The translations under genes were made by a program, and so were the position numbers. Below the pieces are notes generated by a model that saw nothing but the letters and a program-made list of their open reading frames with translations, ran no database searches and was not told the DNA's origin. This document shows, piece by piece, positions 1 through 12,470 of a stretch of DNA of 64,000 nucleotides (position 1 is the first letter of the stretch; every line of letters starts with the position of its first letter). This DNA comes from Lama glama. Lineage: Eukaryota. The DNA lies in contig CM052816.1 in assembly GCA_028534125.1 (NCBI GenBank), forward strand, positions 28,460,001-28,524,000, in the 5' to 3' direction.

Positions 1-367
1 AAAAGGTACAGAATGTCCCCAAAAAGATGAACCCAAACAGGCCTACATCAAGACATATCATAATTAAAGTGAAAACATTAAAGATGAAGAAAGAATTCAA
101 AAGGCAGAAAGAGAAAGAGTCATATGCAGGCAACACCCCCCCCCGTGAGGCTATCAGCTGATCTTTCTGCAGAAACTTTGTAGGTCAGAAAAGAATGGCA
201 TGATATATTCAAAGTGCTGAAAGGAGACACTTGCAACTGAGGATACTCTACCCAAGAAGAGTATCCCTTTAAAATAGAAGAGATAAAGAACTTCTCAAGC
301 AAACAAAAATTAAGAGTTCATTAATACTAAACTGACCCTAAAAGAAATGTTTAAGGGTCTTCTCTAA
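1..367 (+). pseudogene. L1 ORF1p C-terminal remnant (frameshifted)
   Basis: RPTSRHIIIK, RLSADLSAETL-like and LKEMFKGLL* segments; stop TAA at 365-367. Confidence 0.85.
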
Positions 368-614
368 CTGTAAAAGAAAAGGCTATAACCAGAAATAAGA
401 ACAGAAGTAAGCAGGAAAGGAAAAGATCCCACTAATAAAAGCAAATATATAGTAGAAGATGAGGCTCAACTACTTACATAAGTTTGCATGAAGATTAAAA
501 GACAAAAATTGTAAAATCAAGTATAACGACAATAATCGCTAAGGGAAGAAACATGAAGTGTAAAATACGACATCAAAAACACCAAGTGTTGAGGGGAGCA
601 AAACTGCAGATATG

Positions 615-707
615 ATTTACAATGTGTTTTACACATTGTTTTTTTACGTGTTTTACATTTTGTTTTTTTACAATGTGTTTTACATATTTTTTTTATAATG
701 TGTTTTA
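615..707. repeat. Imperfect tandem repeat (about 4 copies of a ~22-24 bp unit, ttttttacaatgtgttttacacattg-like) inside the L1 inter-ORF region
   Basis: Repeated gtgtttta(c) cores separated by T runs, read directly from the sequence. Confidence 0.8.
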
Positions 708-930
708 ACTAGAAAGATGACCTGTTTAAAACAAATAGATATAGTTATAGGTCAACATATTTGAACCTGGTGGTAACCACAAATCAAAAACCTACAACAG
801 ATAAACAAAAATAAGACAGAAGGGAATACAAGCATACCACTAAAAAAAAGTATCAAACCACAGGGGAAGAAACTAAAAGAAGAAAAGAACAAGGAAGAAC
901 TATAAAAACAACCAGAAAACAAGTCATAAA

Positions 931-3900
931 ATAGAAATAAGTATGTACCTATGAAAAATTACTTTAAAGGTCAATGGACTAAATGCTTCAATCAAAAGAC
1001 ATAGGGTGGCTGATTAGATAAAAAATAAGACTCATCTACATTCTGCCTACAGGAGACTCACTTCAGTACTAATTACACACATAGACTACAGTGAGAGGGT
1101 GGAAAAAGATTTTTCATGCAAATGGAAATGATAAGAAAGTGGGGGTAGCAATACCCATATCAGACAAAATAGACTTTAAAACAAAGTCTATAGCAAAAGA
1201 CAAAGAAGGCCATCATATAATAAAAAGGGATCAATAAAAGAAGAGGATATTATACTCATCAACATGTATGTACTTAATATAGGAGTGCCTAAATATATAA
1301 AGCAAATATTAACAGACATAAAGGGAGACATTGACAATAATAAGTAGTAGGGGACTTCAACACCCCACTTACATCAGTGGGCAGATCATTCAGACAGAAG
1401 ATCAATAAGGCAACAGTGGCCTTAAATGACACAGCAGATTAGTTGGGCTTAAAAAATATCTAAGGGAAATTCCTTACAAAAACAGCAGAGTACACATTCC
1501 TTTCAAGCTCGCATGGAACATTCTCCAGGAGAAATCACATGCAAGGCCACAAAAGAAGTCTCAACAAATTTAAGAGGATAGAAATTATATCAAGTATCAT
1601 TTCTGACTGTAATTGTATGAAACTAGAAATCTTTTACATGAAGAAAAAATAGAAAAATCACAAATACATGGAAGCTGGAAAACCAAAGGACCAATGAAGA
1701 AATCAAAGAAGAAATCAGAAAATACCTCCAGACAAATGAAAATGGAAACAAAACTGTCCAAAATTTATGGGATGCAGCAAAAGCACTTATAAAGGGGAAG
1801 TTTTTAGCAATACAGGCCTCAAGAAATACCTCAAGAAACAAGAAAACTCTCAAATAAACAACCTAAGCTAAAATATAAAGGGATCAGAAAAAGAAGAGCA
1901 AACAAAGGCCAAAGTCAGCAGAAGGAAGGAAATAATAAAGATCAGAGAGGAAATAAATATGAGACAAAACAACAACAACAACAGAACACATAAATGAAAA
2001 CAAGAGTGGTTCTTTGAAAAGATAAGTAAAATTGATAAACATTTGGACAGGCTCACCAAGAACAAGAGAGAGAGGACAAAATAAACAATATAAGAAACAA
2101 GAGGACAAATAGCAACTGATGCCACAGAGATACCAAAAAAAAGTCATAAACAAATTGGACAACCTAGGAAAAATGGGCAGATTTCTAGAAACATACAAAC
2201 TTCCAAGACTGAATCAGGAAGAAACAGACAATCTGAACAGATCAATGACTAGTAATGAAATTGAATTTCTAATTAAAAAACTCCCAGTAAACAAAAGTCC
2301 AGTATGGGATGACTTCACTGGGGAATTCCACCAAACATATGAAGAAGAGCTAATACCTGTCCTCCACAAAATCTTCCAAAAACTTGAAGACAATGGACTC
2401 CCAAATTCCTTCTATGAGGCTAACATTATCCTAATATCAAGTCTAGACAAAGATGCTACCAAAAAAGAAAATAGCAGGCCAATATCTCTGATGGATATAG
2501 ATGCAAAAATCCTCAAGAAAATACTAGCAAATCAAATTCAACAATATATAAAAAGGATCATACACCATTTTCAAGGGGGATTTATTCCAGGAACACAAGA
2601 ACAGTTCAATATTTGCAAATCAATCAATGTAATATACCACTAAAGGAAGGATAAAAATCACATAATCATTTCAACAGACATAGAAAAAGCATTTGACAAA
2701 ATTCAACATCCATCTACTATAAAAACTCTCATCAAAGTTGATATAAAGGGAACATCTCTCATAATCTCAACATAATAAACATAATAAACAATCTCAACAT
2801 AATAAAACCCATTTGTGACAAACCCATAGCTAACATCATATTTAATGCTGAAAAGATGAAAGTTTTTCCTCTAAAATCAGGAATAAGACAAAGGTACACA
2901 CTCTTGCACTTCCATTTAACATAGCATTGGAAATCGCAGCCACAACAGTCTGACAAGAAAAAAATAAATAAAAGGCATCTATGTAGGAAGGAAGGAGATC
3001 AAATTGTCACTATTAGCAGATGACATGATACTATACATAGAAAACCCTAAAGTCATTCAAAACTTATCAGAAATAATAAATATATTCAGTAAAGTTGCAG
3101 GATATAAGATAAATATACAGAAATCTGTTGCTTTTCTATACACTAAAAATGAACTATCAGAAGGAAAAACTTAAGGAAATAATCCCATTTACAATCACAC
3201 TAAAAAGAATAAAATACTTAAGAATAAACTTAACCAAGAAGGGGAAAGACCTATACTCTGAAAACTAAAAAACTTTGATGAACAAATTTAAAAATGATAT
3301 GAAAAAAGGGAAAGATAGAAGGAAAAGATAACTCATGTTCTTGAATTGAAAGAATTAATATTGTTAAAATGTCTCTACAATCCAAAGCAAACTACAGATT
3401 TAATGTAATCCCTATTCAAAATACCCATGGTATTCTTCACAGAACCAGAACAAATAATCCTAAAATTTATATGGAACCACTAAAGACCTTGAATTACCAA
3501 AGTAGTCTTGAGAAAAAGGAACAAAGCTAGAGGTGTCACACTCCTTGACTTCAGATTATACTCAGTGCAATACTAATCAAAACAGCCTGCTACTGCACAA
3601 AAACAGCCTGCTACTGCTACCCACGCACTTATTGCCAATTAATCTGTGACAAAGGAGACAAAAATATACAATGGAGAAGAAACAATGTCTTCAGTAAGTG
3701 GTTCTGGGAAAAGTGGACAGCTGAATGTACAGGAATGAATTTAGCATATTTCCTCACACCATACACAAAAATAAACTCAAAATGGATTAAAGACCTAAAT
3801 GTAAGACCTGAAAACAAAACTCATAGAAGAGAATGTAGGCAGGTACTCTTTGACATAATAGGAATTTTTTTTGGATTTTTTGGATCTTTCTCCTAAGGCA

Positions 3901-4670
3901 AAAGAAATAAAAGCAAAAATAAACAAATGCACCATCAACAAAATGAAAAGACCTCCAACTGAATGGGAGAAACTATCTGCAAATGTTACGACCAATAAGG
4001 GATTAATATCCAAAATATATAAGCAGCTCATACAAGTCAGTATCAAAAAAAAATCCAATTAAAAAATGAGCAGAACACCTGAACAGACATTTCCCAAACA
4101 AGATATACAGATGGATAACACGCACATGAAAAAATGCTCAAAGTCACTAATCATGAGAAAAATGCAAATCAAAACCTCACTGTGGTATCACCTCACACCC
4201 ATCAAAATGGCTATTATCATATATCTATAATAAATGTTGGCCAGGACGTGGAGAAAAGGGAACCTTAGTACACTATTAGTGTTACTGTAAATTGGTATAG
4301 TCACTATGGAAAACAGTCACTATGGAGTTTCCTCAAATAACAAAATAGAACTACTATGTGATTCAGCAATTCTGCTACTGGGCATCTGAAAAAAACAAAA
4401 ATGTATTTGAAAAGATACATGCACCTCAATGTTCATAGTAGCATTATTTATAATAGCCAAGGTATTGAAGTAACCCTAGTGTCCATCAACAGATAAATGG
4501 ATAAAGAAGATGCGGTACATACATACAACAGACTATTACTCAGCCATAAAAAAGAATGACAGTCTACCATTTGCAACAATGTGGATGGACACAGAGAGTA
4601 TTATGCTTAGGGAAGTAAGTCAGAGAAAGAAAGACAAATACCCTATGTTATCAATTATATGTGGAATCTA
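931..4670 (+). pseudogene. L1 ORF2p remnant (endonuclease, reverse transcriptase, C-terminal domain), broken by many stops, frameshifts and deletions
   Basis: Endonuclease N-terminal motif near 960-1050. ORF-track fragments 2119-2643 and 3871-4062 are ORF2-like. The RT catalytic motif reads LADD (usually FADD) at about 3013-3024. Ends are approximate. Confidence 0.93.
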
Positions 4671-4852
4671 GAAAGCAATCAAATGGATGTATGAAACAGA
4701 ACAGAAACAGATTTACAGATTTAGAGAACAAACTAGTGGTTACCAGTGGGGCAAAGGAAGTGGGGAAGAAGGAGATAGGTGTATGGGATTAAGAATCACA
4801 AACTACAGTGTATAAAATAAATAGGCAACAAGGACATTTGTACAGCACAGGA

Positions 4853-4930
4853 AATACAGCCAATAATTTGTAATAACTTTAAATGGAGTATAATACAGCC
4901 AATAATTTGTAATAACTTTAAATGGAGTAT
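4853..4930. repeat. Perfect 39 bp tandem duplication in the L1 3' UTR
   Basis: aatacagccaataatttgtaataactttaaatggagtat occurs at 4853-4891 and 4892-4930. Confidence 0.95.
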
Positions 4931-7449
4931 AATCTATAAAAATATTGAATCACTCTGTTGTATACCTGAAACTAATGTAATAATGCAAATCAACTACACT
5001 TCAATAAAAATGATAAAACCCTGACTCTGTGCAATACTACTGAGCTGTCTTCATTTTTTTCTCTGAAATTTTTTGGCATAGCTTACAAATTAAAACATTA
5101 AAGGCAGTAAAACTGTAACATAAAAAGAAAAAAAATCATTCCCTTGCTTTCAGTCATAATGATGATGTGGCAAAACTTATCAGGTAGACAAAGTTGGGGA
5201 GCACACATTAACAGTATGACTTAAAAAGTATAAAGCGAACTTATGAGGATTAAGGAAGAAAGTGTGTGAAATAACAATATTAAATCAATTTATTTCTAAA
5301 TATAATATTTTTAAGATTGTGAAAATATATCTAGTTTGGAAAATCTAGAAACCAGGCTGGCCAGTTCATCCTCATCTTTATCCTCACCCTCCAACTTAAT
5401 GGCAGTGTTAACTTGGGTCTATTAAATCACAGAGAAGATCAGCACACAGCTACACCAAGGAACCTGCGTGGTGTGTTACTGATACGCCCAACGCTTTACA
5501 CAGGAATGTCAATAATGCTGCCTTATACTTTTTATGAAAGATTGTATTTTCTATATATACAAGGGTGTTTTTAGTTGTCATTGTTCTTTTTTTTCTAGTC
5601 ATTTCTTCTTCTCTGTAACTCTCTACACTTTTTAAAATATCTCATTTGTACATGTTTTGCCCCAAGAAGCATTTTCTTAGGCTTTCTTTCAGGTATTTCC
5701 TAATTCCTGTGTCAACCTTTAACAGTTCTTTAAAAAAAATTTAGAATGTATTGCCTAACAACAGCATTGAGTTAGTATATATGTATATAATATCACTATT
5801 TGCCCAGATATTCCGAAGTTTAAACTTTTAAAAACACACATTAGATTTATCCTGGGGATTCAAAACTGCTTAAGTGAATCGGGTACTTTCTAAAGTAGGG
5901 TTTACCTTAGAGATGTATGCATGTGACTACTAGAAGCTGGACAAAATCATGACCATTCCACATTTACTTATTCAAGTTTCCCCAAACAATGTGATTCAGG
6001 CACCTGAATACATTGAATATTTTAATCGTTTAAAAATTCTGGCTTTCAAGGGAAATACAACAAAACAGAACCAGTGTTTTCACCTGCTGTTACCCTGCCG
6101 ATCCCTCTTTTCCTAAACTACTTTAAGTCATGAAGCTCTGCGTTAGGCCCTATGTAGCTAGCCTACAGCATGCATGGATAGCTTGAAACACAAAAGGATT
6201 TCAAAGCATAAAAGCAGATCAGTATTGAAAATCCATGCATGTTAACTATTCTATCTTCAAAGTGCAGAGCATGGGTTTTTGTTTTTTTTTTTTAAATTTA
6301 CTTGCATGTGTCTCAGAATCTAAATGAACACACAATTCTTAAGGGACTATTAAATGATATTAAGAAAAGGAGGGGTTAGAAACCCAAGCCTTATCTCTAT
6401 ATAGTTACTTTCACAAAGTTTGTAACATTAAATTTTTTGAGATTCCTATGATTTAGTGACAAAATAACTGTCAAGAAATAGCTACTGTGGGAAAATATTC
6501 TTAAGTTCCTCAAATAATTTTTTAAGATACTAAATTTGCCTATAGATTCATATTTTAAGAATCAGTATACATATGCTTGGGCTATTCTGAACTCAAACAC
6601 TTCACAGTTTCTAAAGGAGAGTACATGTATAAATGGTGAAACAGGCACAGATAATTAAAAAGGAAAAAATCTTCTTGAATTAAAAATGTCACAGTAAAGT
6701 TATTCAGTGGCTCTACATCATTCAGAGGTTCACAAAAAGAGCTTTAAAATTAAATCAAGAGGAGGTGGGAAGATAAAAGGAAATCAGTTTTATTAATGAA
6801 TGAGTAGAATCTATCCCCTCCTTCCGATACATAGTTTTAAATAAGGAAAAAGCTGACATAACATAAATGTTAACTTTTCAGTATATTTGAATGTATTTGA
6901 ACTACAGTAAAAACATTTCACTTGGTAAGGAGCTTTTTTTTTTTTTTCAAACCAAAGGAAACATTGAAAACACTGTAAAATAAAGAGAGAGGAAGAAAGA
7001 AAACAAGCCCTTGGTATCAACTGTTTTCTTTCTTCCCTTTTAATCAGTTCAGAAAAACCGTGGGAAGGCTGGGTAATCAGACCGGATGCCAAAGGTTCTT
7101 TGGTAATTACAGTCTGAAAGCTATAGATGCTTCCCAGGTGAATAATAACAAAGTCACTAAAGAGAATATTTTGGGACAGAGCTGAGCACAGGTCTAATGC
7201 TGTTCATGATTACAGACCCTGAGCTACTGCTTGAGAAATTTCAATAATTTTCGGTAATACAGGCAGAAATGTAGCACAAGTTCTATAATGAAAATAACAG
7301 TTTAGTGGAACAGTGTGATCAAAGGAGATTATGAACTTGTACATATTAATATGGTGCAGTATTTTGAATGGGTGGATAAACGGAATTGGATCCAACCATA
7401 GCATAACATGCTTTCATTTCCAGATTTGCCTCGCTGTGGAAACTAAAAA

Positions 7450-7864
7450 GGACCTGGAGATCCTCATTCTAAGTGAAGTAAGCCAGAACGAGAAAGAATA
7501 CCATATGATATCATTCATATGTAGAGTCTAAAAAAAGAAAAAAGAAGACACTAATGAACTTACCTAAAAACAGAAACAGATTAACAGACATAGTAAACAA
7601 TCTTATGGTTACGGGGCTGCGGAGAGTGGGTTGGAAGGGATAAACTGGGAACTTGAGATCTGCAAATATTAACTGGTATATATAAAACAGATAAACAACC
7701 AGTTTTTCTGTATAGCATAGGGAACGATATTCAATATCTTATAGTAACCTACAATGAAAAAAATATGAAAACAAATATATGTATGTATACGCATGACAGA
7801 AACATTATGCTGTGCATCAGAAATTGACACACTGTAAACTGACTATACTTCAAAAAAAAAAAAA
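7450..7864 (+). mobile_element. 5'-truncated L1 (ORF2 tail, 3' UTR and poly-A)
   Basis: DLEILILSEVSQNEKEYHMISFIC peptide, the tatagcatagggaacgatattcaatatcttatagtaacc UTR motif, and gactatacttc followed by A13. Confidence 0.93.
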
Positions 7865-7966
7865 GGTACACACTTACCTATACAATTGTGTTCAGTGTCC
7901 CAGGGTAAAGAAGAGCCCTACTAAAGGGGCAGATAAATGGCACTTGCATTTACCAGTCTCTTCTGT

Positions 7967-8154
7967 TAGTGATGTGCTTGTAACATTGTAACAACCAGTT
8001 CTCCAGAAAACAAACAAACAAACAAACAAATCCATGGGGTAAATAGTCCCTTCATGCCCAATTTCAAGCTACCAACATGACCAATGTGGGGCTGAGAAAA
8101 GACGTGTACAATTGGCTTTTACAGGTGGTATGAGCCAGATGCAACACCCTACTG
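7967..8154. mobile_element. MER63A-like hAT non-autonomous DNA transposon
   Basis: Ends tagtgatgtgct...caacaccctactg resemble the CAGTGGTGTGCTGG terminal inverted repeats; internal aatttcaagctaccaacatgac. Similar to copies at 39654 and 58320. Confidence 0.75.
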
Positions 8155-8789
8155 TGACAGCAGCTTCCCCCAAGTTTCACAGAAAGACCAGTCCCACATC
8201 TTATCTTATCCTTATCTTCAGGGCTTCTTATATAGCTTCAGAGCATTTAAAGGACATTTATGAAGGTTACTGATCTACCATTCTTGGTCTCAATATTCAG
8301 AACTTGTAACACATTTTAGCCTATTGTATACTTTTAAACACAAGTATCTACTATCCACATAGATCTTTCTCATTTCAGGAGTAATAGTCTATCAGATGCA
8401 TGCATAGGAGTTTCGTTGGGTTCTGAGACCTGTTGAATTATAAAGTCTGTCTTTTATTTCAACTTTCCTACAAATGTTGTGAAACCTAAATGCCACACTT
8501 TAAACACTGGCTAAAGAGTTTACATTTAATGCTAAGCTCTACTAGTGTATAATTTACGCTTTAAGATATTTCCACACCCTGGTGGAAGATAAAAGGATTA
8601 ACTCTAATCTCCATATGAACAGTTCACAGTCTGAGGGAGGATACAGATAAGTGAGCCTGGAAGCAATAAAAAGAGCAAAGAATTCACACTGCTAAGCATG
8701 AGGAGAAGTCAACTTTAGATGACACAGTAGTACTAGAAAAGCATCTCAGCGTAAATAATAGTTTTATCTTTCATATATACGAAACATAA

Positions 8790-9370
8790 TTTTGACTCCC
8801 TAATGATAAGTCCACCAGACATTTCACACTTCACACTCACTCATGCCCCGTTAAACTCAGCAGGCTCATGACTTCTACTGTCATCAAACTGTCCTAGTTT
8901 CCTTTGTACAGAAGGTTACAAGTTCTTCATGTCCTTGCTGGGCTCCTTGTCCTACCCTGGTCTCTGAAAAGCCAATCATTCCCCAGGGTCCATCCTTGGC
9001 CCACTGCTCTTCTCTTTGAGAGTCTTCACTTCACTTTGTCTGCTCTTAGAATTTGGCCTCTATAAAAATGACATTTAAATCTATGCCTTAAGCCCAGAAA
9101 TTTCCCCAAGTTTCAGATTCATCTGCCTGTTTTTTCAGTTGGACAACAACTACCACTGAATATTCCACAAGCCCTTCATGGTCTGTATGACCTTCAATGT
9201 TGTATATCTTCACATTAAAACCCATCTGTGCCTCTTGTGTTTTCCACCTTCGATGTACCATGATTAAGTCTGTCATCTACCCTAGAATCAAGAAAAGGCA
9301 TCCTTTGGATTGCTGTTTGGGTGATTTATCAAAAATACAAAGGCTTCCATACCATTCTGCTGCAGCAAAT
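8790..9370 (+). mobile_element. Ancient L2 fragment
   Basis: Pyrimidine-rich L2-like text such as ccccagggtccatccttggcccactgctcttctct and aaatctat...agcccaga; heavily diverged. Confidence 0.55.
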
Positions 9371-10149
9371 ACTTCATCATCACCATTAAAATAGTATCTA
9401 TTATAAAGCAGTAAAATTACTTCTAATAATAAGCTATTACACAAAACCCTAAAGTAATAGTAATACTAAAGGTATTACTCACAATAGGTTATGGAAATTA
9501 AAAACAGTTCTGGTTGGCACCTTATTTATACTAAGGGTAGGGGAGAAAAATGGGAGTGGTAGAATGAAGCCCTGCCCGCTTTGTGTTCCCCTTCACTTCC
9601 CTGGCAGTTCTAAGTACTCTCAGGAGCCCACTTGAGTCCACATAGCAGAAGCTGAAAGGCAGTGAACTACAGAATAAAGTCTCTTTCTTGGACATTCATG
9701 GAAAGCCCTCCATGACCTAACATTCCACCCCACCTTAGCCTTCACACCCCAGCAAAATCAAACTGCTGGCACTGTCTCCAGATACCATGCTGTTTCTCAT
9801 TTCCTGATTGGCTTAGGTTACCCTTTGATTAAAAAAAAAAACAAAACCCTTTGAGCCTTTCCAGTCAATATCACGTGGCCATTTACTATGCAGCTTTAGG
9901 ATTTAAGTCAGATAATACATCATTCCTTCATTTATTCAGCCAAACATCCAAGTGTCAACAAAATAAGACAGTTGCTCTCATGAAGCTTATGACTTTGTGG
10001 TGGAGGCGAGACAGACAATAAACAAATAAGTGAACCCCATCAAACAGAGAACTGCTTGAATCACCTGTGATCAGTCTCGTGCTGGACACACACTAGACAC
10101 TCAGTGTCCTGCACAGTGCTAGACACCTGCATGTGTGCACTCCTTTTAA

Positions 10150-10300
10150 TGCTCAAAATTATGTTACCAAGTGTCACTCCGCCACTTTGGCAGATGAGAC
10201 AAGGACTGAGAAAGACTTACATATTTACATACGGCCCTCTAACTAGAGAGTGTCAGAATCTTAATACAAATCTAGAAATATCCAATTTCAGAAACCATTC
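10150..10300 (-). mobile_element. MIR fragment
   Basis: ccactttggcagatgagacaaggactgaga resembles the reverse-complement MIR core. Confidence 0.45.
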
Positions 10301-11439
10301 CTGTTTGTAATAATACTGGCTTTTGGGTGCTATTAAAAAATAAAGGATCCATCCTTATCTGGAATTAATTCATGTATTTAAATCTCTTCATCCTAGATGG
10401 ATTTCTCAAATTCTAGGAAGCTTAGAGGAAGTTTTATATTGTAGCACTTGAGAATTCAAAAGAATTTAATCATGAGCAGTGAACCTGCAAAATATGCTCC
10501 AGGAACCCCACTGATTCCAGCAATAGGAGAGAACAGCCTCCTGCAGCATCTCTTAGAATGGAACAGCTTAGAGGCATTAGAGGAAAAGCATAAATGGTGT
10601 ACCGAACACCTGGTATTTAAGGCATTCTTTGCTGTATAAGCACCAAATTGAAGCTTCGGTTATTCATTCTGAAGATGCTCATAGCTTTGCAGTAAGATTC
10701 TCAAATAATAGATGTGAGCTTCAAACCTAATCACTAACAAATGATTTAATAATAATACAAGGCTGTTACAAGAATAGAATGAGAATAGACTAAACAGTGT
10801 TAGAAAATAAGGCACTTGAGCACCTGGACTGCAGGTGACTGCTGCTCAGATGTGGAAAAACACTCCAGTTTGACAGACAGATAAAGGGTTTTCCTGTACA
10901 GCCTGAATAAATGGTCTTCTTGAATCTGCCAACATGAATTCCCAAGAGAAAACAAAACCAGCAAAACTCAACTTCAGAGCTGATTTAAAATGATCCCTTT
11001 TCATTTATTGCTTAAATAGGGAGACCGTATGGGAATCTGGTATAATCTGGACAGGTATGCATTGCCATCAGTGTAGAAATATCCCCTTGAGATCTCTTCC
11101 TAATTATTTCATTAAAACTTAATAATTTAAAAACTGCCCCCTTGCTGGACAAGAGAGGGAAAATCATTTGCTGTTTTTGTGTCTCATTTTTTATATGCAA
11201 AACTCTTCTAGGCTCCTGTGTAAAAAAGTTGTTTTGAAAAAAATAAGGTTTTTATTGCTGCTATCTCAAAATTGTAGAGCATGTTTAAATAACTATACTT
11301 GTTTATTTTTAGATCAGAGACTGCTGCTTTGCTGGTTTGATTAAATTTTCTAAATTATAGAAGCAAATAATAATAGAATTTAAAAAGTTAGCTCAGCTTC
11401 CATATATAGTTATAATACATATTTTGAAATTTATTTCAC

Positions 11440-11660
11440 ACAATTCTCTTTCTATGCATAATTTGACCAAGAAATATGTTATTCTGTTATAATTTCTTCA
11501 CATGATATTAAATTATAAACACTGACCCACCATTAATAGAATATTGAAGAGACTATTCCATTGAATAAATATTCTATAGTTTACTTAATCAACCTGCTTT
11601 TGGACATTTAGATAATTTACAAATTTTTTTTTTGTATTGCTATTACCTGTTTGCCTGATC
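11440..11660 (-). mobile_element. Ancient L1M(E) 3' fragment
   Basis: tattccattgaataaatattctatagtttacttaatcaacc...tggacatttagataatttacaaatttttt is typical antisense old-L1 sequence. Confidence 0.55.
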
Positions 11661-11859
11661 TTTAAAAGATGTCATGCATTTTATATATTAAAAGTTCTCT
11701 TAATGATTATGAAAATGAATTCAAGGAATACTCCACTAGTCAACTTATTCTTTCCTGTGTCACCATATTCCAACATGGATTGACAACTGTAGTCTTAGTT
11801 TCATTTGGATACATGAAACATACAACAATCATTATTTTTAAAACAACAAACTTGTCAGA

Positions 11860-11945
11860 TCTACTACATATCTTCACAGCGATTCTGCAAGGCAAGTATT
11901 ATTCTCATTTTACAGATAAAGAAACTAAAGTGTTTAAGCCATATT
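11860..11945 (-). mobile_element. MIR core fragment
   Basis: aggcaagtattattctcattttacagataaagaaactaaag. Confidence 0.65.
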
Positions 11946-11989
11946 CTCATGGCTGGCTTCAAAAGGTGTATGCAGGGCAACGTGGGTGA

Positions 11990-12470
11990 GAGGTACCAAA
12001 GAAAAATAACAAGTTTGTAGAGAGGAGACGGAATTCTGTGTTGGTAATACTGGGTTATGTTGTCCCCAGGATACCCAAATGCAGTTATGTACCCAGCAGG
12101 TAAACACACATTTGGAACTCTGAAGAGAGAGTATTCTTCTGAAGACACACCAGTTTAGGAGTCCTCGGCTTCCAAGTGAATTTGAGTCCATGAAACTGAA
12201 AGGGGTGATCCCAGTAAAGTATGCAGCATGTGAGGCAAAGGGCGGCAAGTACAGAATCTTGGAGGAGTGGATACATTTGGCAAGAAGAAGGGAAACTCAA
12301 GAAAGAAAAAAAAGAAAAAGGAATAATGGGCAGAGTCTTACAAACTAAGGAAGGAGACAGTTTCAAGGGCAGGACACTGATCACTCAGCAATAAAGACAT
12401 CCTTGGTGATCTTGTTAAGGGAAGTTTCAGTGGTGTTCCGGGGCCAACGAGGAATTTTAGTGGGCTGAAC
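11990..12470 (-). mobile_element. Ancient L2 fragment
   Basis: Purine-rich antisense L2-like text such as cttggtgatcttgttaagggaagtttcagtggtg. Confidence 0.5.

Larger units (their letters stand above)
1..5010 (+). mobile_element. Decayed long LINE-1 (cetartiodactyl-type): 3' part of ORF1, inter-ORF region, ORF2, 3' UTR; 5' end lies outside the window
   Basis: Recognisable L1 peptides in several frames ([42 protein letters not shown]...[58 protein letters not shown]). A typical L1 3' UTR ends in cacttcAATAAAaa near 5003-5010. Confidence 0.97.

Noticed and set aside
615..707. Repeat with a palindromic unit that might suggest a CRISPR-like array
   Set aside because: No unique spacers, degenerate units, mammalian context and no cas genes.
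2119..2643. 174 aa ORF with reverse-transcriptase-like sequence
   Set aside because: A fragment of dead L1 ORF2 between frameshifts, not a retron, DGR or domesticated gene. The catalytic motif lies outside it and is altered.
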